Assembly: GCA_002269645.1 (NCBI GenBank)
Contig: NIVC01000040.1
Coordinates: 1,116,001 to 1,180,000 of the forward strand
Direction of reading: 5' to 3'
Length of the DNA stretch: 64,000 nt
Origin: Macrostomum lignano
Taxonomy: Eukaryota
The notes beneath the pieces were generated by a model. The model searched no databases. It saw only the letters and a program-made list of their open reading frames with translations, and had not been told where the DNA came from. Below are positions 60,813 through 64,000 of this stretch, in pieces (within the stretch, counting starts at the first letter, position 1; every line of letters starts with the position of its first letter). A program made the translations under genes and the position numbers.

Positions 60813-60998
60813 CTGAACAATAACTGCTGGGTAATATGTACCATCATATAGTGCCTCGCACATCCATGTCTCATCGGAATCTCTCATTTTCAACCATTCG
60901 GCTTCAGAGAGGGCCTCCAGATTCGGTGACAGCCTTACGTTCTCTCTCGGCGCCTCAATAACTTGTCTGTCCGCTTTAAAAATAACAAGGAACTTCAT
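60813..60998 (-). CDS. DUF4806-like gene, exon 1
   Basis: ATG at 60998, MKFLVIF...; donor cag|gtgagt. Five exons total 2049 nt = 682 aa plus stop. Confidence 0.65.
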
Positions 60999-61568
60999 TT
61001 CCGAAAGATAAAAAATACTATTTTAATTTTCGTCAATGCCACAAGCCAATTCAAGTTTCGGGTAGGAAATTGTTTCCCTTATTATTTTTCTCCTCCATAA
61101 ACTCTAGGAGTGAGCTAGTGACATTACAGGCGCAATCCCATTGGTCCGCCCCTCTTCCCACTGCTAGCGCCGCCCAATTCTCCCTCTCTATCTTGCTGAT
61201 TAATGAGATATTTTAGAAATACAAACTGTAATAAAAATATAGAAAGAAAGGAAAAAGCAAGACAGAAGGCTATAATTCCTGATGCATCCTGATTCCTGAT
61301 TACATGTATATCCCTGATGCAGACCGGATAGCGGATAATCTCCCTCAGGTCAGTTCGAAGAACCCTCAAAGGCGAAGAGGAATTGGTGGAGCTTTGTGTG
61401 TAGAAAGAAGAATGCGAACTATATCATGGATTTCTCTGTTCGATATGTGTCTCACAGATGTCAAATAAGAAAAAGACAGAAAAAATCAAGAGTTTGAACC
61501 TTGGTTCGGTGCGTATAAAGATTCGAAGCCCCATCTTTGTCAGAAAATTCTGTTGCTCAGGGTGCGCC

Positions 61569-61853
61569 GGGGGCGTTTCACATTCTCGAAATATCATATC
61601 ATCGAAATTTCACAACGCCGAAAATTCTGCACTGTTCTTTCACATCCTCGAAATTTCACATTCTCGAAACTTCACATCCTCGAAATATCACTTCCACGAA
61701 ATTTCATAACGTCGAAAGAAGTTAGACGTGATATTCCGAGGATGTGAAAGATGGCTTCTTTCGACGTTATGAAATTTCGAGGTTGTGAAATTTCGAGAAT
61801 GTGAAGTTTTTGGCTTTCTACGTTGTGAAATTTCGAGGAAGTGATAGCTGCCC
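61569..61853. mobile_element. Mutator-like foldback MITE (285 bp)
   Basis: Exact 9-bp TSD gggtgcgcc (61560-61568, 61854-61862); GGG-starting imperfect TIRs; interior of inverted ctcgaaat subrepeats. Confidence 0.7.
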
Positions 61854-61862
61854 GGGTGCGCC

Positions 61863-62073
61863 CACAGACCATATAGTAAATAGATTGCGCATATAGCTAG
61901 GCCGGCATGAGCGTGCAGAGCGTGAGAAAAACACAAAGCAAAAAATGTTACTCCACGGATCGATAGTGGGGAAGCACCTACCTCCCCTACCCACATTTAC
62001 ATATATATATATAAATTATACGCATTATATTTAATCTTTACCCTGTGCCAGTCTTTTTACTATATGGTCTGGG
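61863..62073. mobile_element. 211-bp MITE-like element
   Basis: Inverted ends cacagaccatatagtaaatagattg / cccagaccatatagtaaaaagactg (reverse complement); no TSD found. Confidence 0.5.
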
Positions 62074-62575
62074 TTCACCCCTCATTTTGTTCTGATTGAA
62101 TGCACAAACACAGTTCAGCATTCTTGCCCAACTCCCAATTAAACCACGAGGCTTCACAATGGGCTTGAGAGGTTCCGCAAAGACCAAAGACCAAAAACGG
62201 CACATGAGGCACAACGGAATGAATAGTCTGTATAGAATATGTACAGCAACTAAAAATCGAAAAAAGCCTGGGACGCAGACAGGGAAGCAAACAGTCACAC
62301 AGGCCCTTTTGCTCATTGCTCTGGCTCTTTGCTCTTTGCTGCTCTTTGTCTTCACATCACACTAAAAAGCCCTTTACCTAGTCCTAGCTAGAAGGCATTT
62401 TGCTTGTGGGGCCTGTCTTCTAAGCAAAAGAGAAGAAGGTTGGGGCAGGGACTCCTGAAGCTAACATTCCTAACAACCTTGGCTTGGCTTGCTTTACTAG
62501 TCCCGACTCCCGACTCCCTGGGTGGGGCCAGCAAATTTCCTAATTTTATTGCACAAACTATACCCAAAGAAGCAT

Positions 62576-62837
62576 TGCGAATTGGACTGCCAATCGGCCT
62601 GTGGCTATCTCAGAAACTAAAAGTCACGCGGCGATAGGTCCTTCTCTGCTTGATGGAGCTCGGCATGCCCAATGACTGTGTAAAAATTCAGAACTGTGGG
62701 ATTATCTCAGGCCTCACAAATCGAAGTGGGCTTTTCAGACTTTCCCCATTTCAAAGCATTGCAAATTGGGCAGCTAATCGGCCTGTGGATATCTCAGAAA
62801 CTAAAGTCACGCGGCGATAGGTCCTTCTCTGCTTGAT
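62576..62837. repeat. ~80-bp direct repeat, two copies
   Basis: aatcggcctgtgg.tatctcagaaacta(a)aagtcacgcggcgataggtccttctctgcttgat at ~62596 and ~62777. Confidence 0.8.
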
Positions 62838-64000
62838 ATAGCTCGCATGCCTAATCTTCCCGTGGACCCCACTGAATTTGTTTTGTTCACAATTTATCAC
62901 TCCATTGTTTGCTGAAATTTGGTGTGGTCTCCACGCGACGTATAGGTTTCCATTGGGTACTGTTTCATTCTAAACAAGCATTAGAACTGTTTAGCACTTT
63001 ACAAATGAAAGAAATGTACGCTGAGTACGTGCAAGTTTGCAACATACTGATTATGTGCATGTACAAGCTACATACAGGTTTGCAGTCTGGCTGGCTCCAA
63101 TTAATATGGTTTGGAGTCCTGGACCAAAGCCCAAAACACGATGAGTTGAGGCCCGCTACGCCGCTAGGGCACCCGTTTTCGCGTGAGCTGGGGCCCTCTA
63201 GGCCAGGGCCCGACCGATGGCGTGATAAGTAGGGGTAAGGTAAAAATTGTCCACATGCTTGCACACTTTGCTCTCATGAAAGACTGCCAGAAGTATACTG
63301 TACACTGACAGCATAAAGAATTCTTGCAAAGCAAGTGTTGTCCCATAAAAAATGTACACTCACTCGTCCCTCCTTCCCTCCCCCGGGGTCCGACCAGAAG
63401 AGACCATACTGTTGTGTTCACAGGGAGTTGCAAATTCCCTGCGGGGTCCCCATTATCTATGATTCTATGGGGTCCCCGCGTGGTGGCGCAAGGGACGTGA
63501 GGTTGCTGCTTCCCTCCCCTCAGCTCAAGGACAATGATCAATAAATCTTTAAACGGAGAAGCTTGCGATAGACTTGCAATAACAAAGCTGATGAACCCCT
63601 GTTTGCTTGCAAACATATATTCCACTTGCTGAGTGGACAGAATAGAAAAAACTAGATAATTCCCTCACGCTTCAATGCATGGGTTTTCATCAAGGATTTC
63701 TATACAAACCAAGCCAGCAAGTATATTTTTGCAACACACAGAAAGTAAAGCTAGCTTGTAATTGTAACTCTCCAACAGGCAACCCAATGCTCAGAGCCAG
63801 CTAGGCCATTATTAATATCAATGCTTCTATTCCAACACTAATAGAAAAGCGAGCAGCGAGCCTCGGTATTGATCACCCTCTTTGTCCATAAATGAATGTA
63901 CAAAATAATGAATACATGCACAAAGCCATCTAACAACCATATATTTTAATTTTACCCATTGCATGAACAAAATGAAAGAATATAAAGAATGCAAGACAAA

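Noticed and set aside
57031-62073. CACTA/EnSpm-type CCCAG termini enclosing the DUF4806-like gene
   Set aside because: Only 6 bp match, and the right-hand ctggg pairs better with the MITE end at 61863.

Overview
Eukaryotic (animal, probably invertebrate) genomic DNA, dominated by repeats and transposons; the TTAGGG runs and minisatellite-filled introns would fit a flatworm such as Macrostomum, but this cannot be confirmed here. Host genes, reconstructed by hand with frame-consistent GT-AG junctions: a 3-exon heparan sulfate 2-O-sulfotransferase (3336-6766, minus), an SPSB3-like SPRY/SOCS gene (8464-12391, minus, first exon not found), one isolated WSC-domain exon (51326-51622, plus) and a 5-exon DUF4806-like gene (57585-60998, minus). 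The most notable region is 25.36-29.61 kb: a decayed Polinton/Maverick (adintovirus-like) virion module with a packaging ATPase, a major-capsid-like gene, two core/PZ-like proteins and a coiled-coil ORF. That last ORF is interrupted by a 31-bp array whose units carry splice signals. The module is cut by a ~21-kb same-orientation, head-to-tail array of non-autonomous Helitrons (29.6-50.7 kb) carrying satellites, a tRNA-like cassette and (TTAGGG)4. Also present: a Merlin element with two nested MITEs, P-like elements, LINE and Gypsy-gag remnants, and several MITEs. Family assignments rest on motif recall, not database searches.
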